From Patescibacteria group bacterium (lineage in GTDB: Bacteria; Patescibacteriota; Patescibacteriia; JAHIZJ01): a stretch of 64,000 bases of DNA. Both the position numbers and the translations under genes were made by a program. The DNA lies in the NCBI GenBank assembly GCA_041650335.1, contig JBAZLK010000001.1, positions 164,940-228,939 on the forward strand, in the 5' to 3' direction. Below are positions 38,575-48,224 of the stretch, piece after piece; position 1 is the stretch's first letter, and each line of letters starts with the position of its first letter. The notes under the pieces are model-generated. The model saw only the letters and a list, made by a program, of their open reading frames with translations. It ran no database searches and was not told the origin of the DNA.

Positions 38575-40599
38575 GTGGGGTCGATACTTCACAATTTGTT
38601 CATAATATTGTATTATTTTTGTATGTCGATAATGCTGGACCTTAGAAAAACAAAGGGTCAAAAGGATCGAGGTTGGAATAAAATCAGCTTCAATAAGACA
38701 CTGTGGGTTGTGGCGATCGTCACGATGTTTTTTTGGTTATGTTATAAGTTGGGAGACCTTTATTCCAACGGCCTGTTTTGGCAAAACTGGTATTATCTGC
38801 TGGCGGCGATTCCGGTTGTCTGTCTAGTAATTTTGCATTGGCGACGAGACAAATCACTGAAGCTGTGCGCCGATAAATTTGAAAGGGATTACGACGAAAA
38901 GAGCCACGAGGTATCCAAAGAGGCACGGCGGAAAAACGTATTTCTGAGCAAACACCCAGTACTCAACCGCCTGCCGGTTATCGGTCCGGTCGCGCGCTGG
39001 GCCTATGTCAATGGAGCGACGTTCGTTATCGCCGTCATTCTCATCGGCTTGAACGCCTGGTTTATCCGGATTAATAATCTCGGCGTCTTGCCAATACAAA
39101 ACGATGAATTTCTGAGTTATGGCGCCATCAAGTATATTGTCGACGGCAACCTGTCTTTCAAAGATATGCAATACGGCGCCGACAGCAATTTAAGCGATGA
39201 TTTTTACAGCCGCGCCTTGCCGTATTCCCTTGGCGCCGCCTGGACTGTTGACGTGCTCGGCGGTGATTATATGAATTACTTTAATCTGCGGCTGTTTTCG
39301 GTGATCTGCGGCTTGCTAACCTTGGTCGTATTTTATTTTTTGATGCGAAGACATTTCACGAAAACCACCGTGCTGTTCTCTCTCTTTGGCCTGTCCGTTT
39401 TTTATATGTTTGTCTATTATTCGCGGCTGGCGCGGATGTATTCGTTTCATATCCTGTTATTTTTCATAATGGTGTTGGTCCTGGATCGGTTGTTCTTGAA
39501 AATTGAGAAAAATCCGATCGCCCGGCTGCTCAATCCGGGCCAGACGCTTCGGTACTATGCCGTGTTTATCAAAGATAATTATCCGTCGATTCTGATTTTT
39601 ATCGCTGTGCTGATTCTCGATTTGAAAACCCACTATACCGGTATCTTCATCCTGCCGATAATCTATGCATACTCGGTCCTGCTGGTGCGACGACATAAAC
39701 AGCTTGTCTATCCAGTGGTGCTGGTTACCGTCGCAGTAGTTGCGTTTCTCATCTTATTCTTTTCGGGCTTTCACTTTTTAGGGGATTGGTACTTTAATAG
39801 TCGAAAACTGGTTTATTGGAAGTTTTTTGATTACAACTACACCTATCTGAGGGGTGGATATCTCACGTTGCCGCTATTTTTCTTACCGATGATATTCTAT
39901 AAAAAAATCCCCTCGTTGGTAAAAATGTCGTACGCCGCCTTTTTTTCCGTGTTGCCGATGTACCTATTCTTATTTAACGGCAGCATGTTTAGCGATCCAC
40001 GATACATGATGTTTTTATACCCCTTCTACATCATGACCGTTATTTATGCCTTGTATCTGATTTCTTTGTATATTTCTCGCGCCATAAAAAGAGGCAGAAA
40101 ATATTTGTTTATCGGTGTGTTTGCCCTTTTATTCCTCGCGGCGGCGTTTCCATTGCAGATTGCCGGGGTCTGCGGCGCGAGCGTTATCCATACGTGTCCG
40201 ATCAGCGATCACAGCAGAATATTCTCCCTTGATCGCTGGAATTACAACCATGACGAATACTTTAAAATAATAAAAGATTCTAGTAATCCTGATACAATCA
40301 TCGCCGGAAGAACGATCTATGACTTTTATATCGAAAAGTACCAGATAGAAAATCAACTGTTCCGACTCGCTCTGGTGAAAAAATTCATCGACAGCTCGGT
40401 GCAATATACCGTTCCGGAGCTGGCGACAAAAGACGTCATTCTCATTGTCTATCCGAAATTAAGCTATTCGCAACCAGCCACTGATCCGTTTTCGGATGTC
40501 TACCGGTATTTAGTTGAGGAGCGTACCGGTAAAAAAACATTGTACAAATCGGCCGACGGCAAGGTGATTGTTTATAAATTTGATAAACTGTACCAATAG
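38575..40599 (+). CDS. Polytopic membrane protein, probable GT-C-type glycosyltransferase
   Basis: 674 aa, >=12 TM helices, hydrophilic C-terminal ~150 aa. The start could be an internal Met. Confidence 0.4.
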   Translation: MGSILHNLFIILYYFCMSIMLDLRKTKGQKDRGWNKISFNKTLWVVAIVTMFFWLCYKLGDLYSNGLFWQNWYYLLAAIPVVCLVILHWRRDKSLKLCADKFERDYDEKSHEVSKEARRKNVFLSKHPVLNRLPVIGPVARWAYVNGATFVIAVILIGLNAWFIRINNLGVLPIQNDEFLSYGAIKYIVDGNLSFKDMQYGADSNLSDDFYSRALPYSLGAAWTVDVLGGDYMNYFNLRLFSVICGLLTLVVFYFLMRRHFTKTTVLFSLFGLSVFYMFVYYSRLARMYSFHILLFFIMVLVLDRLFLKIEKNPIARLLNPGQTLRYYAVFIKDNYPSILIFIAVLILDLKTHYTGIFILPIIYAYSVLLVRRHKQLVYPVVLVTVAVVAFLILFFSGFHFLGDWYFNSRKLVYWKFFDYNYTYLRGGYLTLPLFFLPMIFYKKIPSLVKMSYAAFFSVLPMYLFLFNGSMFSDPRYMMFLYPFYIMTVIYALYLISLYISRAIKRGRKYLFIGVFALLFLAAAFPLQIAGVCGASVIHTCPISDHSRIFSLDRWNYNHDEYFKIIKDSSNPDTIIAGRTIYDFYIEKYQIENQLFRLALVKKFIDSSVQYTVPELATKDVILIVYPKLSYSQPATDPFSDVYRYLVEERTGKKTLYKSADGKVIVYKFDKLYQ

Positions 40600-40600
40600 G

Positions 40601-41890
40601 GTGTTCACGAAGCTGTCCAAACAACTCGCGAGCGGAAAGGTGTTGGCGCGCTTTTCATTGCTGAAGGCCTCGGGCCAGGTGTTTGAGATGCTCATCCCGT
40701 TCGGCTTGGCGGTGGTTATCGCGCCCGATATATTCGGCATCTACTCCTTGGGTAAAATGGTAGTTTTTTTATTTGCGAGTTTGTTTGTCTTTTCGTCCCT
40801 GACGCCCTTTGTCGTGTTTTCCAATCAAGAGGCGCAGCAAACCGGTAAGATCAATAATTCTTTTTCCGTTCAGGTAGTGCTCGTCGCTCTGTCAGCCGGT
40901 CTATTTCTTCTGATCACGTTGCTAGGCGGTACGTATATTAAAACCTTCACCGAGCTTAATAGCAGCGAGCTTATTTTTCTAGTCCTGGCCTATTTCGGAA
41001 TCACCATTCGGTTTTTCCTGGAGAACGTATTTTTAGCACTTAATCAAAAGACAAAAAACGCGGCGGTGGATTTTTTTTACGGACTCGTCAGCGTCGTGAC
41101 CATTGTCATTCTGTATCGCTTTCATGTCTTGAGTGTAGCCACCTTGTTTTTGACGTATTTTATCGCCTCGCTGGTGGTACTCGCCATCTACATCCGCTTC
41201 ATAGATTTCAGCCTGCTCCGGCCATTTCACATTGAGCGCGCGCATTTCAAGAAAATGTTTAATTTCGCCAAATGGAATATTGTCGGTTCGACCGCCGTCT
41301 ATCTGACAAACTGGGGAGACAATTTCGTTTTGCGCCTGTTCGTCTCCGTTGACCAGATCGGAATCTACAACCTTGGCTATCAGACCTTCAAGGGTTTAAC
41401 TGGATTGTATTTTATCCTCAACTCCTATTTCTTACCGTCTATCAGTAAGACGATCGAGGATGTCAAAGCGGTGCAGAATTACGTCTTTACTAAAAGACCA
41501 AAGATATTTTTATTGGTCCTGGTTTTTATTGTCGGATTTTATCTTTTATTGCCGACAATATTTCACGCCATCTATTCCGCGAGTTACGACGGCGCAATAA
41601 TCGTCCTGAAAATTCTGTTAATCGGCAGCGTCCTTGAACTCTACAATGTCTTTTACATTCCGATTTTGAACGCCAGCCGGAAGTATAAATTCACCCAAAC
41701 GACGAACATCGTCCAGGTTCTGATAAATCTCGGCTTGGATTTTCTGTTGATTCCGGCGCTCGGGATTACCGGCGCGGCCGTTGCCACGGTCACGGCGTAT
41801 CTGGCGCGAAATCTGATCTACGAGATATACGTGTATCGAAAATTTAAGGATTTTTCCTTTATCAGCCGATGGTTTGTCCGGCGGAGCTAG
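40601..41890 (+). CDS. Wzx-like flippase (MOP superfamily)
   Basis: About 12 TM. Start taken at GTG 40601, 2 nt after the upstream stop; the track gives TTG at 40568. Confidence 0.55.
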   Translation: MFTKLSKQLASGKVLARFSLLKASGQVFEMLIPFGLAVVIAPDIFGIYSLGKMVVFLFASLFVFSSLTPFVVFSNQEAQQTGKINNSFSVQVVLVALSAGLFLLITLLGGTYIKTFTELNSSELIFLVLAYFGITIRFFLENVFLALNQKTKNAAVDFFYGLVSVVTIVILYRFHVLSVATLFLTYFIASLVVLAIYIRFIDFSLLRPFHIERAHFKKMFNFAKWNIVGSTAVYLTNWGDNFVLRLFVSVDQIGIYNLGYQTFKGLTGLYFILNSYFLPSISKTIEDVKAVQNYVFTKRPKIFLLVLVFIVGFYLLLPTIFHAIYSASYDGAIIVLKILLIGSVLELYNVFYIPILNASRKYKFTQTTNIVQVLINLGLDFLLIPALGITGAAVATVTAYLARNLIYEIYVYRKFKDFSFISRWFVRRS

Positions 41891-42564
41891 TCTTTTCGCG
41901 CCACCGCCAGCATTGTTTTATTTAGCCCGATGCGTTTGTCGAATCGCATAATCAGTCGCCAGTAGTACCGCGAGCCGGGCAGGGAAGACATGATACTGAA
42001 CGGGAACACCCCGATTTTTTTTGGGTTGAAACCTGACTCACGCAGGAGTGTCGACATCCTCTTTTTATCAAATGATTGCAGGTGCCCAACGCGATGAAAA
42101 TGATGTCCGCAATTCGGACAGGTAATTGAGTTCTTTTCCAGCAGCTCATCGAAGGGGACGGTGACAATAAGGTGCCCGCCCGGTCGGAGCACCCGGAACG
42201 TCTCCTTTAATCCGGCGCGGAGCTGCTCGGTCGTCAGGTGTTCCAGCACCTCGGTACAAATTGCGGTCATAAAGCTCGCCTCCGGGAATCTCAGATCGGT
42301 TATCAATCCTTCCTGGACCAGATCGGTCTTCGGACAGAGATCAATGCCGATTGCATCGCGGTGCCCGTTACGGCGCAATAAGGCGACCATTGCCCCAGTG
42401 CCGGCACCAACGTCAATAATCGGATCGACCAGGTATTTTTTATTCATAGCGGTAATCAGTTTGGAGACCGTATCACCAAAATAGGTGAAACCGCAGCTTT
42501 TATCGATGAATTTTTGCTTCGAACACTCTTCTAGTTTTTTTTGGTAATCTTCGTTGGCGTGCAT
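41887..42564 (-). CDS. Class I SAM-dependent methyltransferase with an embedded Cys/His zinc-ribbon
   Basis: IIDVGAGTGAMVALL (motif I); ITCPNCGHHFHRVGH. Confidence 0.65.
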   Translation of the reverse strand: MHANEDYQKKLEECSKQKFIDKSCGFTYFGDTVSKLITAMNKKYLVDPIIDVGAGTGAMVALLRRNGHRDAIGIDLCPKTDLVQEGLITDLRFPEASFMTAICTEVLEHLTTEQLRAGLKETFRVLRPGGHLIVTVPFDELLEKNSITCPNCGHHFHRVGHLQSFDKKRMSTLLRESGFNPKKIGVFPFSIMSSLPGSRYYWRLIMRFDKRIGLNKTMLAVARKD

Positions 42565-42571
42565 TTTTGGA

Positions 42572-43918
42572 TTATTTTAATTTAGATATAGTGTAATGGT
42601 ATTTTCCGCTGGCGGCCGACTCAATATTGGTGACGCGTTCGAATTTGACGCGGCAATCCGCTCCCATGACCGTGCGAATCGAGGCAACAATGTCGTCCTG
42701 GTATCGCGCGAAGCCAGCCCCGTCGCTGATCACGACCTTGACGACAACCAGGTCGTAATCCTCCTGGATCACCTGAAATTTGGAGATGTAGTTTTTATTA
42801 AAAACGACACCGATAAAATGGATGAAGAATTCGCCTGGGACAATGCGTCCGGAACGCGTCCGGAAGACGTTCATCTCGCGACCCTCGACGCGCCGTAAGA
42901 GCGGCAGGCCGCGCCCGCAGGAGCAGTGCTGGTTCTTTGACCACGCGCCCAGGTCACCAATCTTATAGCGGATCAAGGGCATGACATAATTGGTCAACGT
43001 GGTGATATAAATACCACCGAGTTCTTCCGGCGGGCAGGGTTCGAGGCGATCATTCAATATCTCGATATACGAGGTAAAAATATTTATATGCAGACCCTCG
43101 TCCTTTTCGCACGAGCAGGCAACGCCGCCGACCTCTCGAGAACCGTAACGATTATAAACCTTGGCCTTGAAAACGCGCTCGATCACCTCCTTTAATGGGG
43201 GATACAGCGTGCCGGCCGATACAATGATGCCGTTCGGTGAGAAAATGGGCAAATGATTGGTTTCGATGAATTTTGCCAGCTCGTACAGGGACTGAACGTA
43301 TGCTTCGATCACCTTCGGTTTTTCACGGTTGATAACGCTCACATAGTGACGCATTGTGTCCGGGGTCATGCGAAACGCATTTAAGGTGGTGGTGTTTAGA
43401 ATGTACCGGCTGATCCAGCCCCGGGCGCCTTTGCTGCCCGTCAGGATCTCTTTTTCCGAGCCCCACAGCTTCACAAGCTTCTCGCCCTCGCGCCGGCCGG
43501 CCCACTCGTAAAACAGAAGCGACGATGCGGTCCGGGACTCTTTACTCAGTACGTCCTTGTAAAACATCACCGGTTCGCCGGTCGTGCCGCCGGTCGTGTC
43601 GCGGAAGAATTCCTTTTTAAAAGGGCTGACCTTTATTCGCTCGCGTTCATTGATAATAATATCCTTTGTTAGGACTGGAAATTTCGTCAGCTGGTCGGTA
43701 ATGCCGTCTTCGGTCAACGTGATCGAGCGTTCCCGCGCAATCTTTTGATAATACGGAGAATTCTCCACGCTGTATTTCAGCATGGAATAAAGCAAAGAAC
43801 GTTGCCATCCCCGACATTCCTCGAGCGGACGGTATTCATAGGCATGCATCCGTTGCAGTTCCCGAAAACGGCCTTTGGCGACGACCCGCGATGCAAATTG
43901 AGCGAGATACTTCCTCAT
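42572..43918 (-). CDS. CapK/PaaK-like adenylate-forming enzyme (phenylacetate-CoA ligase / F390 synthetase family)
   Basis: AMP-binding motif DTTGGTTGEPV; size and layout match CapK-type capsule-locus enzymes. Confidence 0.6.
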   Translation of the reverse strand: MRKYLAQFASRVVAKGRFRELQRMHAYEYRPLEECRGWQRSLLYSMLKYSVENSPYYQKIARERSITLTEDGITDQLTKFPVLTKDIIINERERIKVSPFKKEFFRDTTGGTTGEPVMFYKDVLSKESRTASSLLFYEWAGRREGEKLVKLWGSEKEILTGSKGARGWISRYILNTTTLNAFRMTPDTMRHYVSVINREKPKVIEAYVQSLYELAKFIETNHLPIFSPNGIIVSAGTLYPPLKEVIERVFKAKVYNRYGSREVGGVACSCEKDEGLHINIFTSYIEILNDRLEPCPPEELGGIYITTLTNYVMPLIRYKIGDLGAWSKNQHCSCGRGLPLLRRVEGREMNVFRTRSGRIVPGEFFIHFIGVVFNKNYISKFQVIQEDYDLVVVKVVISDGAGFARYQDDIVASIRTVMGADCRVKFERVTNIESAASGKYHYTISKLK

Positions 43919-45039
43919 ATTTTATCAACTAATGACAGAATCGCGTTTTTAAACATTCCGCTGATTTTTTTGATATCATGATTGGCACAGACGTATTTGT
44001 ACATATTGGCGCTTTTTTGCCCCCAGTCCGCTCGATCGGTCAATAGTTTTCCTAGTCGCTCGGTCAAGGCGATCTCTTCGCCGGCGCAGGCGTACCCGCA
44101 ATTATATTTTACGATGAAGTTGTCCGGGTCAACTTTCCACGACACGATCGGGGTATGGCCGAGCCCGGCCTGGATAAAAGTATTTGGGTAACCCTCAGAA
44201 TCGGAGGTGTTTACGAACACGGTGGCGGCGTCGAAGTATTTTTGGATTTCGCTGAAGGGTACTTGATTAATAAACTTCAAGTTGGGCAGCGACTGCGCTT
44301 CTTTTTTTATATTTTCCCATAATTTTTTCTCAGTATCAACAAGCGGCGTGATCATGACAAATTGATATTGCGGGAAGGTTTTTACCAGCCTGAGGAAGCG
44401 ATCAGGATTTTTTTCCCGAATACAGCGCCCTACCCAAAGGACGTGGTTTTTTCCGGCCGGAGTAGCCGCGTCAGAAAGATAAAAACCGTTTTTTAATACC
44501 AAGGCCCTGATAGAGAAATTATCGGCCAGCAGCCTTTGGTGCGTGACGTTTTGGGTGATCACCCCGTCGGCTCGCGTCAGCCCATACCGGTAGATCTTGC
44601 CCAGCCAACCGTTGTCGGAAACAAACTCGCCAGTGACCTCTTTTTGATTAGCTGTCCGGTGGATGTGTTTTTTCCGAAACAATTTGCAAAAAAATGTGAC
44701 GAGTCCGACCGTGCTGTTGGCTGATGACGTAACGTAGACATCGGCGTTTATCTTTCTGAAAAGAAGAAGGTATTTGAAGGCCTGACCGACTTTTGTGAGC
44801 GGGGAGTCACCGTTTTTTGGAGTCAGCGAACGATAAATCGAGACGCCGAGTTTTTGCTCGCGGGGCGGCTGGCCAAAGTCGCCGACTACAAATGAGACTG
44901 TAAATGCACGGTCTGCCGCCAGTTCTTTGGCTAGGAAAAATAATTGGATTTCAGAACCGCCGTGGACAGTGGCAGAGCCGCTGAACAGGGGATAGGCGTA
45001 CGATTGAATAAAACAGACGTGTGTTTTAGTCATTGACAT
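43915..45039 (-). CDS. GT4 glycosyltransferase (paralog A)
   Basis: NTSDSEGYPNTFIQAGLGHTPIVSWKVDPDNFI. Confidence 0.6.
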   Translation of the reverse strand: MSMTKTHVCFIQSYAYPLFSGSATVHGGSEIQLFFLAKELAADRAFTVSFVVGDFGQPPREQKLGVSIYRSLTPKNGDSPLTKVGQAFKYLLLFRKINADVYVTSSANSTVGLVTFFCKLFRKKHIHRTANQKEVTGEFVSDNGWLGKIYRYGLTRADGVITQNVTHQRLLADNFSIRALVLKNGFYLSDAATPAGKNHVLWVGRCIREKNPDRFLRLVKTFPQYQFVMITPLVDTEKKLWENIKKEAQSLPNLKFINQVPFSEIQKYFDAATVFVNTSDSEGYPNTFIQAGLGHTPIVSWKVDPDNFIVKYNCGYACAGEEIALTERLGKLLTDRADWGQKSANMYKYVCANHDIKKISGMFKNAILSLVDKI

Positions 45040-46129
45040 GAAGTAAAGTGAATAGCCGCGTCACGACGTTGTTAATGTCATGGTTTTTTTCCGCGTAATG
45101 GTGGGCGTTGGCTGAAAGGGTGGTATACAGAGAATTGTCCGAAAAGAGCTTCTGCAAATTATCATTCAGTGTTTGCAGGTCGCCGTTGGCGACATAGCCG
45201 CATTGGTAGGAAGTGATGAAGCCTTCCGGGTCGACATTTTTGCTCAGTATCGGCGTCCAATTTTTAGCCGCCTGAACAAACGTCTGCGGAAAACCTTCAT
45301 AGTCAGAGGTGTTCACCAGGACCCGCGCATCTCGATAGTACTGTTCAATGACATTGAAACTGACAAATTCCAACAGCTGCACGTTCGCCGTTTTTCTGGC
45401 GAGAGCCTTTATTTGTTCGTTATGCGTTTCATCTTTGCCGGGCGGGCAAATCAGAATAAAGCGGCGGGCGGGATTACGCCGGGCCAACTCGATGAATTCC
45501 TCGGCGTGTTTCATGGGATCGCGCCGGCCGACCCAGAGGACGGTATCGTTTTTGTGCGGTTGGTCCGGGCGAATTTCATAGCCACTATATAAAATTTCGC
45601 TTGACAAACGGTATTTGGTCGACAAACGCTCTTGTTGGAATCGGTTTTGGGCAATGAGCAGGTGGGCATATTTCAGCAGGCGAAAATATGGACAGGGCCT
45701 GTTACTTCGCTGATAGCGGCCGTCACTCTCCACGTCGCTGGCCAGCATATAGACGAATTTGATCTTCTTCATTTTACAATACAAAGCCAGCAGACAGGAA
45801 AACGGGCTCAGGCCGCGCTGGAGGATAATATCCGGCTTCATCGCGGTAATTTTTTGGTGGAAACGAATGAGTTTTTTTATCACCGAATCGTTTTCTGAAA
45901 ATGTCTTCACAAGCCGGAACTCAGCGTGGTCGGGAAAATCAATAGTGGGGTAGTCGGCGATAAAAGAATAGATGCATACGTTCGGAACATGCCACAACGC
46001 TTTGGCCAGCAAATAGGGTTGGACGGTGGCTCCGCCAAACGGCCTCTTTGAGTTGATATTGAAGATCGCCTCGGAGTCTTTGGGAAAGACGATGGCGATT
46101 TTTGTGACATTGTTACCGGGCGTGTTCAT
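45026..46129 (-). CDS. GT4 glycosyltransferase (paralog B, tandem duplicate of 43915..45039)
   Basis: NTSDYEGFPQTFVQAAKNWTPILSKNVDPEGFI; collinear with the neighbouring gene. Confidence 0.6.
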   Translation of the reverse strand: MNTPGNNVTKIAIVFPKDSEAIFNINSKRPFGGATVQPYLLAKALWHVPNVCIYSFIADYPTIDFPDHAEFRLVKTFSENDSVIKKLIRFHQKITAMKPDIILQRGLSPFSCLLALYCKMKKIKFVYMLASDVESDGRYQRSNRPCPYFRLLKYAHLLIAQNRFQQERLSTKYRLSSEILYSGYEIRPDQPHKNDTVLWVGRRDPMKHAEEFIELARRNPARRFILICPPGKDETHNEQIKALARKTANVQLLEFVSFNVIEQYYRDARVLVNTSDYEGFPQTFVQAAKNWTPILSKNVDPEGFITSYQCGYVANGDLQTLNDNLQKLFSDNSLYTTLSANAHHYAEKNHDINNVVTRLFTLLHVND

Positions 46130-47268
46130 CGTGCTTCTATTAGACGAAGGTATCTTTTTATGATGGTGTCCCAGGTGTATCGTTCGAGGAAGCGTCGACG
46201 CGCCGCCTGCGAGAAGGTATCGCGCAAATTCTGATCGGTCATCAACTGGGATAGTTTTTGCACCACCTCGGAAAAATTTTCGGGGTTCACGTGGATGCCT
46301 GTGTCAGCGGAAACAGTCTCTTGTATCGCTGCCTGATTTGAGGCCAGGATGGCGCAGCCAGCGCTCATTGCTTCCACTAGCACGATGCCCTGGCTTTCCG
46401 TCTGAGACAGGAGCGCGAAAATTTTTGCCCGATTGTACAAATCAATCAGCCGATCGTCAGAATTATCAAGCCAGCCGGTAAAAATGATGTTCTCGTGGTT
46501 CGCGGCCAGGCTCTCCAGGGTTTTTCGGTATGGTCCGTCGCCGACCAGATAAAGTTTCCAATCGTTCCGGCCAGCACTGATAAAGGCCGGAATTAAATAT
46601 TGGAAGCCCTTCATTGGCTGCATCCGACCGACCGAGAGAATAATATTTTCTTTTTCCAGGCCCGGTTTTGAGAGCGAATGGGAACCGTTCGGGATGACGA
46701 CAATCTTATCGTTCGAACGTCCGCTCAGGATATTTTTTTCGATCAGTTTTTTTAACGAACCCGATGGCACGGTTACGAACCGTGATCGGCGTATGATCGC
46801 CTTGATCACTGGTGCCGTGAAACGGTGGAGCAGGGTAAACCGATCGGGATTGTGCCCGGGCACATCACTCCCGTGGCTGGTCACGATATACGGCAGTTTT
46901 GATCGCCGGGAAAAAATGTAGGCGAGTATGCCGGTCGGGACGAGAAAGTGACAATGACAATGCGAATACGTATTTTTTTTCAGCAAGGCTTGAATCGCAA
47001 AAAAGGCAGCGATGAGATACCTCAACTGTTCGGGAAACGTGCTGAGCTCTTTTTTCTTCCGCCCGCTTTTGACGCGATGGATATTGATGCCGTCTTTCCG
47101 TTCAAACGATGGCAAACCGGCATACCCCATCGTAACAACGTCGACGTGATAGCCGGCGTCGACGTATCCTTTGGTTATCGCATATGAGATGGGCGACGCA
47201 CCGCCGCCGAGAGGCGGGAACTCGTAATTCAACACCAAGATGCTGCGCCCGGACGGAGAATCGATCAT
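46126..47268 (-). CDS. GT4 glycosyltransferase
   Basis: LVLNYEFPPLGGGAS...SQTESQGIVLVEAMSAGCAILASNQAAIQETV. Confidence 0.65.
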   Translation of the reverse strand: MIDSPSGRSILVLNYEFPPLGGGASPISYAITKGYVDAGYHVDVVTMGYAGLPSFERKDGINIHRVKSGRKKKELSTFPEQLRYLIAAFFAIQALLKKNTYSHCHCHFLVPTGILAYIFSRRSKLPYIVTSHGSDVPGHNPDRFTLLHRFTAPVIKAIIRRSRFVTVPSGSLKKLIEKNILSGRSNDKIVVIPNGSHSLSKPGLEKENIILSVGRMQPMKGFQYLIPAFISAGRNDWKLYLVGDGPYRKTLESLAANHENIIFTGWLDNSDDRLIDLYNRAKIFALLSQTESQGIVLVEAMSAGCAILASNQAAIQETVSADTGIHVNPENFSEVVQKLSQLMTDQNLRDTFSQAARRRFLERYTWDTIIKRYLRLIEAR

Positions 47269-48224
47269 TATGAATTGTCGGTAATATCCCGGATCGTATA
47301 GACGCTGCGTTTGCCGTTGTAATATGTTTTGATGGCAATGTCGCCAAGGAGGCCGGAGATAAATAACTGGATGCCGGCGAGAATTAAAAACACTGAGACG
47401 AGCGGCCAGATACTGTTTTGGAGGCTGAGGAGTTTAAATATCCGCATGATGGCCAAGTAGAGGCCGAGGAGGAGGCCCGCTCCGCCCAGCAACACGCCAA
47501 AACCGCCGAAAAGATGGAGCGGCCGGCTGGAGTATTTTCGCCAGAACCAGACGCTGATCATGTCAACGAAACCCTTTACCATTCTCTTCCAGTTGTATTT
47601 TGTCCGGCCGGTAGTCCGTTGGCGGTGGTTTACGTCCAATTCACCGATTTTGAAACCCTTCCAAGCAAGCATCGCTGGAATGAAACGGTGGATTTCGCCA
47701 AACAGATCGAGCTCATCGAAACACTCGCGACGGTAGACTTTCAGCGTACAGCCGGAGTCGCGTATATGGTCGGCCACAAAAAATTTTCGCAAGACATTGG
47801 CGCCGCGTGATATAAACCTTTTCGAAAATGTGTCTTTACGGTTTTTCCGCCAGCCAGAAACGATATCATAACCTTCATCAAGTTTTTCGAGCAATCTGGG
47901 GATGTCAGCCGGATCGTTCTGGCCATCGCCATCCAGGGTAATAAAAATCTTCCCCTGGGCATGTTTGAAGCCGGCATCGAGCGCGGCGGTTTGGCCGAAG
48001 TTTTTCCGGAAGCGGATGATTTTGATAGGGGAGAGCGCTGACAGTCGTTCAAATGTTCGGTCCGTGCTCCCGTCGTCGACAAAAATTACTTCATAGGGTT
48101 GACCGAGTCGATCCATAACAACTTTGATCTCGCGGTAGAGCGGAACGACCGCGTCTTCTTCATTGTACGCCGGGATGATGATGGAGTGCGCCACCGGCAA
48201 TTTATTCTCGGTTGTTTGATTCAT
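47268..48224 (-). CDS. GT2 polyprenol-phosphate glycosyltransferase (GtrB/ArnC-like) with C-terminal TM helices
   Basis: IIIPAYNEEDAV...VIFVDDGSTDRT; C-terminal TMs GVLLGGAGLLLGLYLAI and SVFLILAGIQLFISGLLG. Confidence 0.7.
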   Translation of the reverse strand: MNQTTENKLPVAHSIIIPAYNEEDAVVPLYREIKVVMDRLGQPYEVIFVDDGSTDRTFERLSALSPIKIIRFRKNFGQTAALDAGFKHAQGKIFITLDGDGQNDPADIPRLLEKLDEGYDIVSGWRKNRKDTFSKRFISRGANVLRKFFVADHIRDSGCTLKVYRRECFDELDLFGEIHRFIPAMLAWKGFKIGELDVNHRQRTTGRTKYNWKRMVKGFVDMISVWFWRKYSSRPLHLFGGFGVLLGGAGLLLGLYLAIMRIFKLLSLQNSIWPLVSVFLILAGIQLFISGLLGDIAIKTYYNGKRSVYTIRDITDNS

